A DNA stretch of 64,000 nucleotides from Spirochaetia bacterium. GTDB lineage: Bacteria; Spirochaetota; Spirochaetia; CADAEX01. Numbering within the stretch: position 1 is the first letter of the stretch; every line of letters begins with the position of its first letter. The translations under genes and the position numbers were made by a program. Shown here piece by piece: positions 28,721 through 37,835 of the stretch. The notes beneath the pieces were generated by a model. The model was not told the origin of the DNA and ran no database searches. It was given only the letters and a program-made list of their open reading frames with translations. The stretch is taken from the NCBI GenBank assembly GCA_963662265.2, contig CAXXHA010000010.1, positions 64,001 through 128,000 on the forward strand, in the 5' to 3' direction.

Positions 28721-29068
28721 TTGCTAATTTATCATTATATATTTAACATATGTTATTTTTACAGCTAATTTTCCAGCTTCTATTGAAAATATGAAATTGA
28801 GAACAATTATTTACTATATTATTGATAAATATCAGCATTTCCGACTGAGGAATTCATAATCATGAACAGACTAAGGAATAGAATAACCCTGCAGCACCCG
28901 AAAGAAATGCAGAAAGAAGGGGATACCCGTGTATCAGTAAAGTATTACACTGTAAAACAGAGTATACTGAGATACGAGTTATGAATTGGTGACTTTCTTT
29001 GTAGATAACAAATTGAGGCAGTAAAACAATATCTCACAGAGAATACTGAATACCCGGCTTCAGCAGGA

Positions 29069-32000
29069 CTATGCTTCACTTACAGTCTTTGAATTCATAT
29101 ATTTTTCGACATCAACCTCGTCAAGCTGCTCCGGTTTCAGATACTTTCTCCCGTATTCCAGGTATACACCTGATTTAAGAAGCAGATTGAATATTTCAGG
29201 ATCAATATGACCGGTCTGTGTCATCTTATACATGATACTGATAATCTCTGAAAGGGTCTTGTCTTTCTTGTATGGCCTGTCAACAGAAGTAAGAGCTTCG
29301 AAAATATCTGCAACTGCAAGAATTCGTTCCGGGATTGACAATTCGCTCAGTGTAACCTTTCTCGGGTAGCCTGTACCGTCAACTGTTTCATGATGACTGC
29401 CCGCATATTTGGGGACATTTTTAAGATCTTCCGAAAAGGGAAGTTTTTCAAGCATTATTATTGTCTGGGCCACATGCTCGTCAATCTTGAACCTTTCCTC
29501 CTCGGTAAGCGTTCCTTTCCTTACCGAGAGGTTGTAGAGTTCTCCCCTGTTATAAAGATGCTCTGGTACCCTGAATTTAAAATCATATAAATCATAGCAG
29601 TCCTGACCAAAATTCTCCCTCTCAATAATAAGTTCCCTTCTGTCGCTGATAAGGTGTTCAAGGGCAGGAAGATCAGCACGGCTGTCATATTCAAGCTTCT
29701 CATGCCTCTGAGCCTCTGACCAGCTTAAACCGAGCCTGTTGTCAAAAAACCTGAGCCATTCAGTTGATGCTATTCGGTCAAGTTTTTCAAGGCTCTCATC
29801 GCTCATATACTCAGTGCCAATATTGCATTCTGCTATAAAAGCGAAATCTTCATAAAGCTGTTTTTCCCTTTCCCTGAGAACAGCATCTTCTTTTTCAGGA
29901 TCAGCGCCTCCCAGGACTGCTTCATGACGCTTAATTACAGCATCACGCAGCAGCACTTCGAATCTTGTCCTGATTTCATGTATCCTGTTGTATATTGTTT
30001 CAAGCTTGGTAGCCTTATCTATGACATATTCAGGTGTTGTTACCTTGCCGCAGTCATGAAGCCATGCAGCAGTTTCAAATTCCCTCTTCTGAAAAACATC
30101 CAGATTGTATGATTCAAACGGTTTTTCATCAGATTTTTCAGCTGCCAGGGAAAGCATTTTTGCAATTACCGGAACCCTTGCACAGTGTCTTGCTGTATAA
30201 GGGCTCTTGGCATCAATTGCAGATGCAATAAATTTCACAAGGTCATCAAACAGCTTCTTCTGCCGCTCAAGAAGGTTCCAGTTCTGGATTGCTACAGATG
30301 CGGCAGAGGCAAGAGCTTCCACAAATCCGTGAATATCTTCATGAAAAGGGATTATTTCACCGGTTAACAGGTCCTTGGAATTAATAAGCTGCAGTGCACC
30401 CAGCACCTTGTTGCTTCCCCTGAGTTTCAAAGGTACAGTCAGAAAGGAAACTGACTTGTAGTTATTGAATTTATCAAACTCCCTTGTTCCGGAGAAGTCA
30501 TATTTATCATTATGATACGCATCAGGGATATTTTCTGTTTTCTTGCTGAAAAAAGTATTTGTAACAACATTAAAGTGATTCTCACTCCCGTCTTCGTTAT
30601 AAAGCTGAACAGGGTGCATTGTTATGGGATTGCCGCTTGTTCCCCCCTGGCTGAAGCCCAGCCTGTCATTCAGAACAATAGTAAATTCAAGAAACCTTTC
30701 ACTCTCATCAAGCAGGTAAAGACTTCCCCCTTCGGCATGAGACAGCTGCTTCGCCCCAGACAGAATCATTTCAGAAAGTTTCTTGATATCAAATTCAGCC
30801 GACATGGCTATTCCCATATCCACAAGCATTTCAAGCTTTTTAAGTGTTTCATGAAGCCGGGCTGTTCTTTCAGCGATTGTAGCCTTCATTACTGTAAACC
30901 CGGAAGCAAGCTTGTTAAACTCATAAATCGGGGTCGTTACCTTGAGCTCCCCGTCAAATTTCATCTGCCCGACAAGCTCTGCATCTGCTGTCAGCTCAAT
31001 AAGGGCAAGTGCCAGTCTTTTCGACAGAAATATAACGACAGGGACTGTTATTATCAGGATAGTCAGGGCAAATATAATAATTTTGTTCTGCATTGCAACC
31101 GCCCCCCGCATGAAATCATCAATTGGAGCAACAGACATAAACACAAGCTTTCTATTAATTGCGATGTCCCATATTTCTGACTGGAAAAGAACATTGTTAT
31201 CAACTATTTCAACAGGTTCTGTAAATATTTTTTCCGATTCAGGATTAATTTCATCTGCAATTTTAAAAAATCTTTTTATCTCTTCCGAAGAGGCAATTTC
31301 CTTCCTGTCATCTGTAAAAAGAGCTATTCCTCCGTTTTCTGATATTTTCTGATCCGCTACAAATAAGGAAAGATGTGATATGGTAAGATCAACTCCAACA
31401 ACCCCGCTCCCCCCCGGAATCCGGCTGGAAACAGTGATTCCCGGCTGTTTAAGAGAATTAAATACATAAGGACTTGAAAGTACAGGTTCATCATATTCAA
31501 GTGCCTCAATATACCATCCCCGCTCCCGGTGTTCATAATTGAAATCATCAGATGTCCCGCCCCTGGTTATCTCCCCTCCTGAATTAACAAAAGAAAAGGT
31601 CTGAATCCTGTATTTCCCCTGAGCATATACAGTCCTCACAATAAGTTCTGTATCATCAGGCGCATCATGTGCTTTTTTGACAAGAGGGCGGTCCTTTGCG
31701 TTTATTACCTGGAAAAAACTTCCGTCTTCAAGGCCGATATAAACGGAATAAAATGCGCTGTATTCATGAAGCATTCTGGAGAAAAAGAGAAAAGCAGGGT
31801 GTTCTATACCACTTTCCGAGACCGGAGGGACATCTATATCAGGGATTCTTGCAGTCATTGATGATAAATGAAGCGCAGGCTGAAGAAGAGTCTCTGTCCT
31901 TTCAAGAGCTGTGAGACTTGAGACTTTGAAATTATTAGCAGCTGATTCATTTGCAGAATCACGTGCAACTGAAAGTATCATTGATACAGTTGTAAGCGCC

Positions 32001-32086
32001 ATTACAGAAATAATAACTAGAACACCTGTAACAACTGTTATATGATACCGCACTTTTTTACCAATAATATACTGTATTAATTTCAT
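29069..32086 (-). CDS. Membrane HD-GYP c-di-GMP phosphodiesterase (TM-Cache-TM-HAMP-GAF-HD-GYP)
   Basis: Cache (RERGWY.EA, SPYVF...QPGITVS), GAF (FSGTREFD....YKS.S.LTVPL), AIDAKSPYT..HC.RV, WLHDCGK, HHET.DGTGYP, VADIFEALT..DRPYK. Confidence 0.93.
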   Translation of the reverse strand: MKLIQYIIGKKVRYHITVVTGVLVIISVMALTTVSMILSVARDSANESAANNFKVSSLTALERTETLLQPALHLSSMTARIPDIDVPPVSESGIEHPAFLFFSRMLHEYSAFYSVYIGLEDGSFFQVINAKDRPLVKKAHDAPDDTELIVRTVYAQGKYRIQTFSFVNSGGEITRGGTSDDFNYEHRERGWYIEALEYDEPVLSSPYVFNSLKQPGITVSSRIPGGSGVVGVDLTISHLSLFVADQKISENGGIALFTDDRKEIASSEEIKRFFKIADEINPESEKIFTEPVEIVDNNVLFQSEIWDIAINRKLVFMSVAPIDDFMRGAVAMQNKIIIFALTILIITVPVVIFLSKRLALALIELTADAELVGQMKFDGELKVTTPIYEFNKLASGFTVMKATIAERTARLHETLKKLEMLVDMGIAMSAEFDIKKLSEMILSGAKQLSHAEGGSLYLLDESERFLEFTIVLNDRLGFSQGGTSGNPITMHPVQLYNEDGSENHFNVVTNTFFSKKTENIPDAYHNDKYDFSGTREFDKFNNYKSVSFLTVPLKLRGSNKVLGALQLINSKDLLTGEIIPFHEDIHGFVEALASAASVAIQNWNLLERQKKLFDDLVKFIASAIDAKSPYTARHCARVPVIAKMLSLAAEKSDEKPFESYNLDVFQKREFETAAWLHDCGKVTTPEYVIDKATKLETIYNRIHEIRTRFEVLLRDAVIKRHEAVLGGADPEKEDAVLREREKQLYEDFAFIAECNIGTEYMSDESLEKLDRIASTEWLRFFDNRLGLSWSEAQRHEKLEYDSRADLPALEHLISDRRELIIERENFGQDCYDLYDFKFRVPEHLYNRGELYNLSVRKGTLTEEERFKIDEHVAQTIIMLEKLPFSEDLKNVPKYAGSHHETVDGTGYPRKVTLSELSIPERILAVADIFEALTSVDRPYKKDKTLSEIISIMYKMTQTGHIDPEIFNLLLKSGVYLEYGRKYLKPEQLDEVDVEKYMNSKTVSEA

Positions 32087-32094
32087 TACCTAAA

Positions 32095-32123
32095 ATTATA
32101 GAATTTAAAAAATCAGTATGCAA
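32095..32123 (-). promoter_or_regulatory. Sigma70 promoter of the HD-GYP gene (leaderless or near-leaderless)
   Basis: Minus strand TTGCAT(32123-18)-17 bp-TATAAT(32100-095)-8 nt-ATG(32086). Confidence 0.7.
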
Positions 32124-32144
32124 ATTTTTATAATGCAGAGTGTA

Positions 32145-32297
32145 GCAGGTATTATTATGCCCTTTAGGGTACAGATGAGTTTCATCCATGAAACGCACCG
32201 GGCTTATCAGATATCCATGTCTGCCCGGTGTACACCTGCGCCGTACCGCAGGTATTATTATGCCCTGTAAGGTACAGGTGAGTTTCATCCATGAAAC
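32145..32297. repeat. Two 50-bp direct repeats (47/50 identical) flanking a 53-bp hairpin spacer; REP/MITE-like
   Basis: 32145-194 and 32248-297: GCAGGTATTATTATGCCCT.TA.GGTACAG.TGAGTTTCATCCATGAAAC; internal hairpin GTTTCAT-cc-ATGAAAC; spacer stem CACCGGGC...GCCCGGTG. Confidence 0.85.
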
Positions 32298-32298
32298 T

Positions 32299-32330
32299 AA
32301 AAAAGGCTGAAGCAGTATGCCTCAGCCTTT
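32299..32330 (-). terminator. Intrinsic terminator of the fusA-ATPase operon
   Basis: Minus strand AAAGGCTGAGGCA-tac-TGCTTCAGCCTTTTTT. Confidence 0.85.
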
Positions 32331-32355
32331 AATATTAAATTAAAATGATATTCTG

Positions 32356-33060
32356 TTATTCTTCGATAATAAGAAGAGTTTTAGGATCAAGCATGAGATG
32401 TAGCTCATCTTTAATTTCACTGTCATGATCTTTTACAATATCCATCCTGATGCTCTGATCTTCATATTTCAATGTAAGTACAACATCAAGTTTTGATACA
32501 AGACCTTTGATTTCCACAGGAAAATTTTCTTCATCAAAAATCGGCTCTTCTCCTTTGAGAGAAACACTGAACCAGATTTCAAGATCAAGTTTTTTTGCAA
32601 AATCCTTAATCTTTCCAAGACCTTCGTCTGAAATATTATCGAAATCAAATCCGTCAACTACAACTGAATTTGCCTTGAAATTACCGCCTACAATCATAGC
32701 TTCAAGACTCTTGAGAATCTGGGATATTTCAACACCATCCTGGCTGAAATTCATGATTACTCTGTTCTTGATAATTTCATCATGAACTTCCACTGCATTC
32801 TCAAGTTCTCTTTTCTTTGATATTTCATTGAAAATATCTTCATACCAGCTGATTATATGATCTGTTCTTTTAGAAAAAGATACATGAATCACATGTCTTT
32901 CTCTTAAAAGCTTATCAGTCGCAATATGTACAAGACATGCTGTTTTACCAACACCTTTTCTTGACGCAATTACACCGATATTTCCTTTGCCTACACCGCC
33001 CTGTATGGATCTTTCAAGAATCCTCAAGGGACTTCTGTTTATCAACTCTGATTTAACCAT
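32356..33060 (-). CDS. Single-domain RecA/KaiC-like P-loop ATPase
   Basis: L...IQGGVGKGNIGVI, Walker A ASRKGVGKT, HVSF, Walker B VVVDG, DVVLTL, IVKDH. Confidence 0.75.
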   Translation of the reverse strand: MVKSELINRSPLRILERSIQGGVGKGNIGVIASRKGVGKTACLVHIATDKLLRERHVIHVSFSKRTDHIISWYEDIFNEISKKRELENAVEVHDEIIKNRVIMNFSQDGVEISQILKSLEAMIVGGNFKANSVVVDGFDFDNISDEGLGKIKDFAKKLDLEIWFSVSLKGEEPIFDEENFPVEIKGLVSKLDVVLTLKYEDQSIRMDIVKDHDSEIKDELHLMLDPKTLLIIEE

Positions 33061-33110
33061 TCTTTGATCTCCTCATCATAATTTTACTACACTATATTGT
33101 AGCTGACCAG

Positions 33111-35192
33111 TTATTTCTTGTTCTTCTCCTGGAACTCCTTGATCAGTTCCTCCTGGATACCTTTCGGAACTTTACCGTGTTTGTGGAACTCCATTGTGAA
33201 CTCAGCTTTACCCTGTGTAAGAGACCGGAGTGTAGTTGAGTAACCGAACATCTCACTTAAAGGGACTTCAGCTTCTACTGATGAGTAGTTTCCGTCTTCT
33301 ACAGAACTTATAATAACACCTCTTCTCTGGTTGATACTTCCGAAGATGTTACCCTGGAATTCTGTAGGACCTTCTACAGTAACTTTCATGATAGGTTCAA
33401 GGATTTCAGGTTTGGCTTTTTCATAAGCCTGTTTGAAAGCACCGATTGCTGCTGACTGGAAAGCCATATCTGATGAGTCAACAGAGTGTGACTGACCATC
33501 ATTGATTGTACATTTAACTCCGACAACAGGAAAACCGATTAGTCTTCCCTTCTTGAGAGAAGCCTGAAATCCCTTGTCACATGCAGGAATATATTCAGTC
33601 GGGATTTTACCACCCTTAATCTCATTGACAAATTCGTAGTGTCCCTCTGTAAGAGGTTCCATAAAACCTACAACCTTACCGTACTGACCTGAACCACCTG
33701 TCTGTTTCTTGTGAGTATAATCAAAATCTGCTCTCCTGCTGATTGTCTCTCTGTAAGCTACCTGAGGCATACCTGTTTCAACTTCAGCCTTGTACTCTCT
33801 CTTCATTCTTTCGATATAAACTTCGAGGTGAAGCTCACCCATACCCTGGATAATTGTCTGATTTGACTCATCATCCACATATGTCCTGAATGTAGGGTCC
33901 TCTTTTGTAAATCTGTTGAGAGCTTTTGCCATGTTGTCAGCAGCCTTCTTATCAACAGGATTGATTGCAAGAGTAATTACAGGCTCAGGAACAAACATTG
34001 ATGTCATAGAAAGGTTGAGACCTGTCTTACAGAATGTATCGCCTGATGCACAGTCAATACCGAAGAGAGCAACAATATCGCCGCATCCTGCTTCTGTGAT
34101 ATCTTCTGTCTTGTCGGCATGCATTCTGATAAGCCGTCCGATTTTGAATTTTTTCTTGTTTCTTACGTTGTAAAGTTCATCACCTTTCTTCAATGTACCC
34201 TGGTAAACTCTTACATATGTGAGCTGACCGTACTGACCGTCTTCAAGCTTGAATGCGAGAGCAACAGTCGGAAGTGTAGGGTCTGATTTAAGATATACTT
34301 CTTCCTCATCGTTATCGAGGTCAAGTGCAATATTTTCAATATCCTTAGGTGCTGGAAGGTATGAGTTAACAGCATCGAGAAGAGGCTGAACACCTTTGTT
34401 TTTATATGCTGATCCGAGGAATACAGGAACAAATTCCCTGGAAAGAGTCCCTTTCCTTACAGCTTCATGTATCATTTCCTCAGGAAGATCCTCACCTTCA
34501 AGGAAAAGCTCTGCAAGCTCATCAGAGAACATTGAAAGAGCATCAATAAGCTCTTCTCTTTTTTCTTCTGCTTCTGCCATCAGTTCAGCTGGTATTTCCT
34601 TTTCAACCTTACTGATTCCGTCTTCTCCGCCGTCAAAGTAAAGAGCTTTCATTGTTACAAGGTCGATCATACCTTCATGCTTCTCTTCAAGCCCTATCGG
34701 GACCTGCATCATTACAGCATTAAGACCAAGCTTGTCTTTAAGCTGTTCCTTTACTTTGTAGGGGTTGGCACCTGTTCTGTCACACTTGTTTACAAATGCG
34801 AGTCTTGGAACATTGTATCTCTTGAGCTGTCTGTCTACAGTAATTGACTGTGACTGAACCCCGCCAACAGAACAGAGTACAAGAACTGCACCGTCAAGTA
34901 CACGGAGTGATCTTTCTACTTCAACTGTAAAGTCAACGTGACCGGGAGTGTCAATAATATTTATCGGTGTGCCTTTCCATTCAACATTGGTAGCGGCTGA
35001 TGCAATAGTAATTCCTCTTTCTTTTTCGAGTTCCATGGAATCCATAGTTGCACCCACGCCATCCTTACCTCTTACTTCGTGGATAGCATGAATTTTGTTG
35101 CAGAAATAAAGAATTCTTTCAGTCAGAGTGGTCTTACCGGAGTCGATATGAGCGCTGATACCAATATTTCTCAATTTGTTTTCTAAACTCAT
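33111..35192 (-). CDS. fusA: Elongation factor G (mtEFG1-like spd type), outside the str operon
   Basis: [58 protein letters not shown]. Confidence 0.97.
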   Translation of the reverse strand: MSLENKLRNIGISAHIDSGKTTLTERILYFCNKIHAIHEVRGKDGVGATMDSMELEKERGITIASAATNVEWKGTPINIIDTPGHVDFTVEVERSLRVLDGAVLVLCSVGGVQSQSITVDRQLKRYNVPRLAFVNKCDRTGANPYKVKEQLKDKLGLNAVMMQVPIGLEEKHEGMIDLVTMKALYFDGGEDGISKVEKEIPAELMAEAEEKREELIDALSMFSDELAELFLEGEDLPEEMIHEAVRKGTLSREFVPVFLGSAYKNKGVQPLLDAVNSYLPAPKDIENIALDLDNDEEEVYLKSDPTLPTVALAFKLEDGQYGQLTYVRVYQGTLKKGDELYNVRNKKKFKIGRLIRMHADKTEDITEAGCGDIVALFGIDCASGDTFCKTGLNLSMTSMFVPEPVITLAINPVDKKAADNMAKALNRFTKEDPTFRTYVDDESNQTIIQGMGELHLEVYIERMKREYKAEVETGMPQVAYRETISRRADFDYTHKKQTGGSGQYGKVVGFMEPLTEGHYEFVNEIKGGKIPTEYIPACDKGFQASLKKGRLIGFPVVGVKCTINDGQSHSVDSSDMAFQSAAIGAFKQAYEKAKPEILEPIMKVTVEGPTEFQGNIFGSINQRRGVIISSVEDGNYSSVEAEVPLSEMFGYSTTLRSLTQGKAEFTMEFHKHGKVPKGIQEELIKEFQEKNKK

Positions 35193-35359
35193 TGTTTAAC
35201 CTCATTTCCTATTCTATATATTCCCTGTCCCGGGCCTTTTCACGGTTCAGACCACTTACAGGGTAAAAATCGCGCGTCTGCTTTGATGCATAAGCTAATT
35301 TATAATTAATTGCTGCAGGACTCAGCAGCACAAGATCGAAAAACACTTTATGGAGTGCT

Positions 35360-35388
35360 ATATTACAGATTTTGCAGGTAAATTTCAA
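35360..35388 (-). promoter_or_regulatory. Sigma70 promoter of fusA (about 160-nt leader)
   Basis: Minus strand TTGAAA(35388-83)-17 bp-TAATAT(35365-60). Confidence 0.6.
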
Positions 35389-35496
35389 GAGTCAAACACT
35401 TTTTTTAACATCTCAGAGGAATTTAATTATTGACAAATCAAATATTTGACCCTTTCGTATGAAAATAAGGGTAAAATTACTGCACTATCAGAATAT

Positions 35497-36378
35497 TTAA
35501 AAATCCCCCAGATAAGTATTCAGGATAAGAGCAACCTTGCCTTTGCTGATCTTTATTCCCTGGGATTTCAGTTCTGTATAAATTTCAGCATAAGTATATG
35601 ATGGATTTGTTTTCTTTATAGAAAGAACCTTGTCTATTGTCTCCTGCGCTACCGGTTTCTTTGACCCGTAAATACCCTTCCTGACTGCTGCAATAAACGC
35701 AAATTTCAGTTTGTCGTAATCCTCCATAAGATTTTCATGCTGCTCCATCAGGTTTTTATGTGATTCGGAAAGAGACTCAAGATCTTTCTGGAGTTTATCA
35801 ATACTGCTGTCCCTGCTGGAATTTTCAATATCAATCTTTCCCAGCTGGTTTACTATATATTCAGGGTTATGTGAGACAATATACTTAACAGGATCATCAT
35901 AGGCAGCCTTCATCTTTCCGAAAAGATCTTCAGGGCTGAAATACTCTCCCCGTATCCTTACAAAAAAACGGTCTTTAAGCATTCTGAAATCATACATTGT
36001 AAATGTTCTGTGGATAAAAGAAAGCCCTGCCGGAAGATAAGGCGCGTAATCTGTTTCATCAATAATAAATTTCTCAGGAACAAGAACAGCTTCAAAACCT
36101 GTTTCGTTAAAAATAATGGAAGCATGTTTAACTTCCAGCCCTTCTATGAGTGAAAGTTCATTATAAAAACGGGCTATCACTGTTTTCTCATTCCTGCCCG
36201 GTTCTGATGCGCTTTTAAGGACAGCATTATCCATTCCCGGAATAATAATCCTGTAAAGCCCTAGTTCATCCTCGCTGATAAATTCAAATTCAATATCACC
36301 TTCTGTTATTTCCTGAGCAGGTATAAAAGCTGCGGAAAATAAAGTAAATACTATCAGTAATATTGTTATTCTTTTCAT
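35497..36378 (-). CDS. Exported hypothetical protein with coiled coil and HTH-like C-terminus
   Basis: Signal peptide (AFIPA-QE), heptad stretch, C-terminal IDKVLSIKKTNPSYTYAEIYTELKSQGIKIS; GGAG SD. Confidence 0.7.
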   Translation of the reverse strand: MKRITILLIVFTLFSAAFIPAQEITEGDIEFEFISEDELGLYRIIIPGMDNAVLKSASEPGRNEKTVIARFYNELSLIEGLEVKHASIIFNETGFEAVLVPEKFIIDETDYAPYLPAGLSFIHRTFTMYDFRMLKDRFFVRIRGEYFSPEDLFGKMKAAYDDPVKYIVSHNPEYIVNQLGKIDIENSSRDSSIDKLQKDLESLSESHKNLMEQHENLMEDYDKLKFAFIAAVRKGIYGSKKPVAQETIDKVLSIKKTNPSYTYAEIYTELKSQGIKISKGKVALILNTYLGDF

Positions 36379-36422
36379 TTTTAACTCCTATAACATGATA
36401 AAAACAAGTTTTTATCATTCTC

Positions 36423-37835
36423 CTATTCTGCCTGAACCAGAATTCTGTCAAACGGTTTTAATTCTTTACCCGACACATCAGTTCCGGGCTCACCGCCGTT
36501 GAAATGCAGAAGTCTTGCCAATATGACATTTTCTTCCCTGTAGAATTCTATTTCACCTACAAGCTCACTGTCTGTCCGGAATACATATCCCCTGTCGCCT
36601 TCATTTACTTCAAGGACCCGGTTCATATAAACAGATATCCGGTCATTGTTTTCAACAAACAGGATATAGCCGCTTACACCTGTTTCGCTGATATAGTAAT
36701 CAAATGCTGATGAAAATGATGATATAAACTCATTCCTGAGCTTCAGCGATTCAGCACTTCTTTTCCATCCTTTTTCATAGCTGTTGATTATACTGCTGCC
36801 TCTCTCATAAAGCCGGTCAAGAGCTTCAGGTACTGAATTTTCATACTCAACCCTTTTCAGCCTTTCTATGATAATTTCAATATCTGAAGCATCATTCCTC
36901 ACCCCGTTTATTTCATCAGCTGACAGTATTTTATTTTTATCAAGGATAAGAACATTCGCATCATCTGCCAGTTCAGGGAAGACAGCTTCTCTCCTGTCAG
37001 AAAGAATGGAATTATATTCCTCTTCAAAAACAGGGTTGTATTTCTGATACATCTCATCCAGCTCGTTCTTGTGGCGGTTTTTAAGAACAGATACAAGCCG
37101 CCTGTTATCTCTTTTCAATGTTGAGATTTCCCTGTCATACCGGCTTTCCATATCATCCATCCGGGTCTCGTACATGTTTACAGTATTTTCCATTTCAAGT
37201 TCAGCTTTTTTCTGCTGATTGTTGAGAAGTTCCTCCTGTTTTCTGGCCTGTTCAAGAACTGTGGCATCATAGGAGGCTATTGCCTTTTCAATTTCACTTA
37301 TTTCCTTTTCCTTCTCTTCAATCTTTTTGCTGTATTCCTTATCAAATGAAGCAACAGTCCGCGATTCCCGCCGCCTTAAAACAGCAAGCTCTTTGTTTTT
37401 TTCCTCATCACTCTTATTGCTTTCCCGCACAATCAAAGAATCTCTTTCCCTCTGGCTTTTTGCTTCTGAAACTGAAGCGCTGTATTCTTCCTTTAAAGCC
37501 TTCAGCTCGTTACGCGCTCTTTCCAGCTTCTGTTCATAGTTTTTTGCTACATCAAGAATATCCTTGAGGTTAACATCTTCAAAATCCTTTATTTCAATAG
37601 GAACAATTCTTCCTGATGCCTGAATATACCTGGTTACAGCATAGGCTGTACCGACAAATACAATTAAAAAAACGAGTATTGTAATTATTACAAGGTAGTT
37701 CCTGTTTTTTTTGGTGGCAGCAAACTCTTTCTCAAGGTCATAAAGGTCTTTGCTCCCTATTTCCAGGTTTTTCCAATCAAGAAATGTTTTTCTGCTCTGA
37801 CTTACTATATCTTTTACTTTTCTGTCATTGTCCAT
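36423..37835 (-). CDS. Single-TM coiled-coil hypothetical protein (start 37835 or 37847)
   Basis: One TM helix (YLVIITILVFLIVFVGTAYAV), long E/K heptad region, beta-rich C-terminus; overlaps the cyclase stop. Confidence 0.75.
   Translation of the reverse strand: MDNDRKVKDIVSQSRKTFLDWKNLEIGSKDLYDLEKEFAATKKNRNYLVIITILVFLIVFVGTAYAVTRYIQASGRIVPIEIKDFEDVNLKDILDVAKNYEQKLERARNELKALKEEYSASVSEAKSQRERDSLIVRESNKSDEEKNKELAVLRRRESRTVASFDKEYSKKIEEKEKEISEIEKAIASYDATVLEQARKQEELLNNQQKKAELEMENTVNMYETRMDDMESRYDREISTLKRDNRRLVSVLKNRHKNELDEMYQKYNPVFEEEYNSILSDRREAVFPELADDANVLILDKNKILSADEINGVRNDASDIEIIIERLKRVEYENSVPEALDRLYERGSSIINSYEKGWKRSAESLKLRNEFISSFSSAFDYYISETGVSGYILFVENNDRISVYMNRVLEVNEGDRGYVFRTDSELVGEIEFYREENVILARLLHFNGGEPGTDVSGKELKPFDRILVQAE

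Noticed and set aside
12226-29068. Mobile genomic island or prophage
   Set aside because: No integrase, transposase, tRNA or flanking direct repeats seen. Part of it looks more AT-rich by eye but I could not quantify this.
32145-32297. Mini-CRISPR array
   Set aside because: Only two repeats, 50 bp long with 3 mismatches; the spacer is itself palindromic and shares the ATCCATG motif; no cas genes in the window.
32356-33060. Circadian KaiC or DnaB helicase
   Set aside because: It is a single 234-aa domain with no KaiB/KaiA neighbours and no DnaB N-terminal domain.
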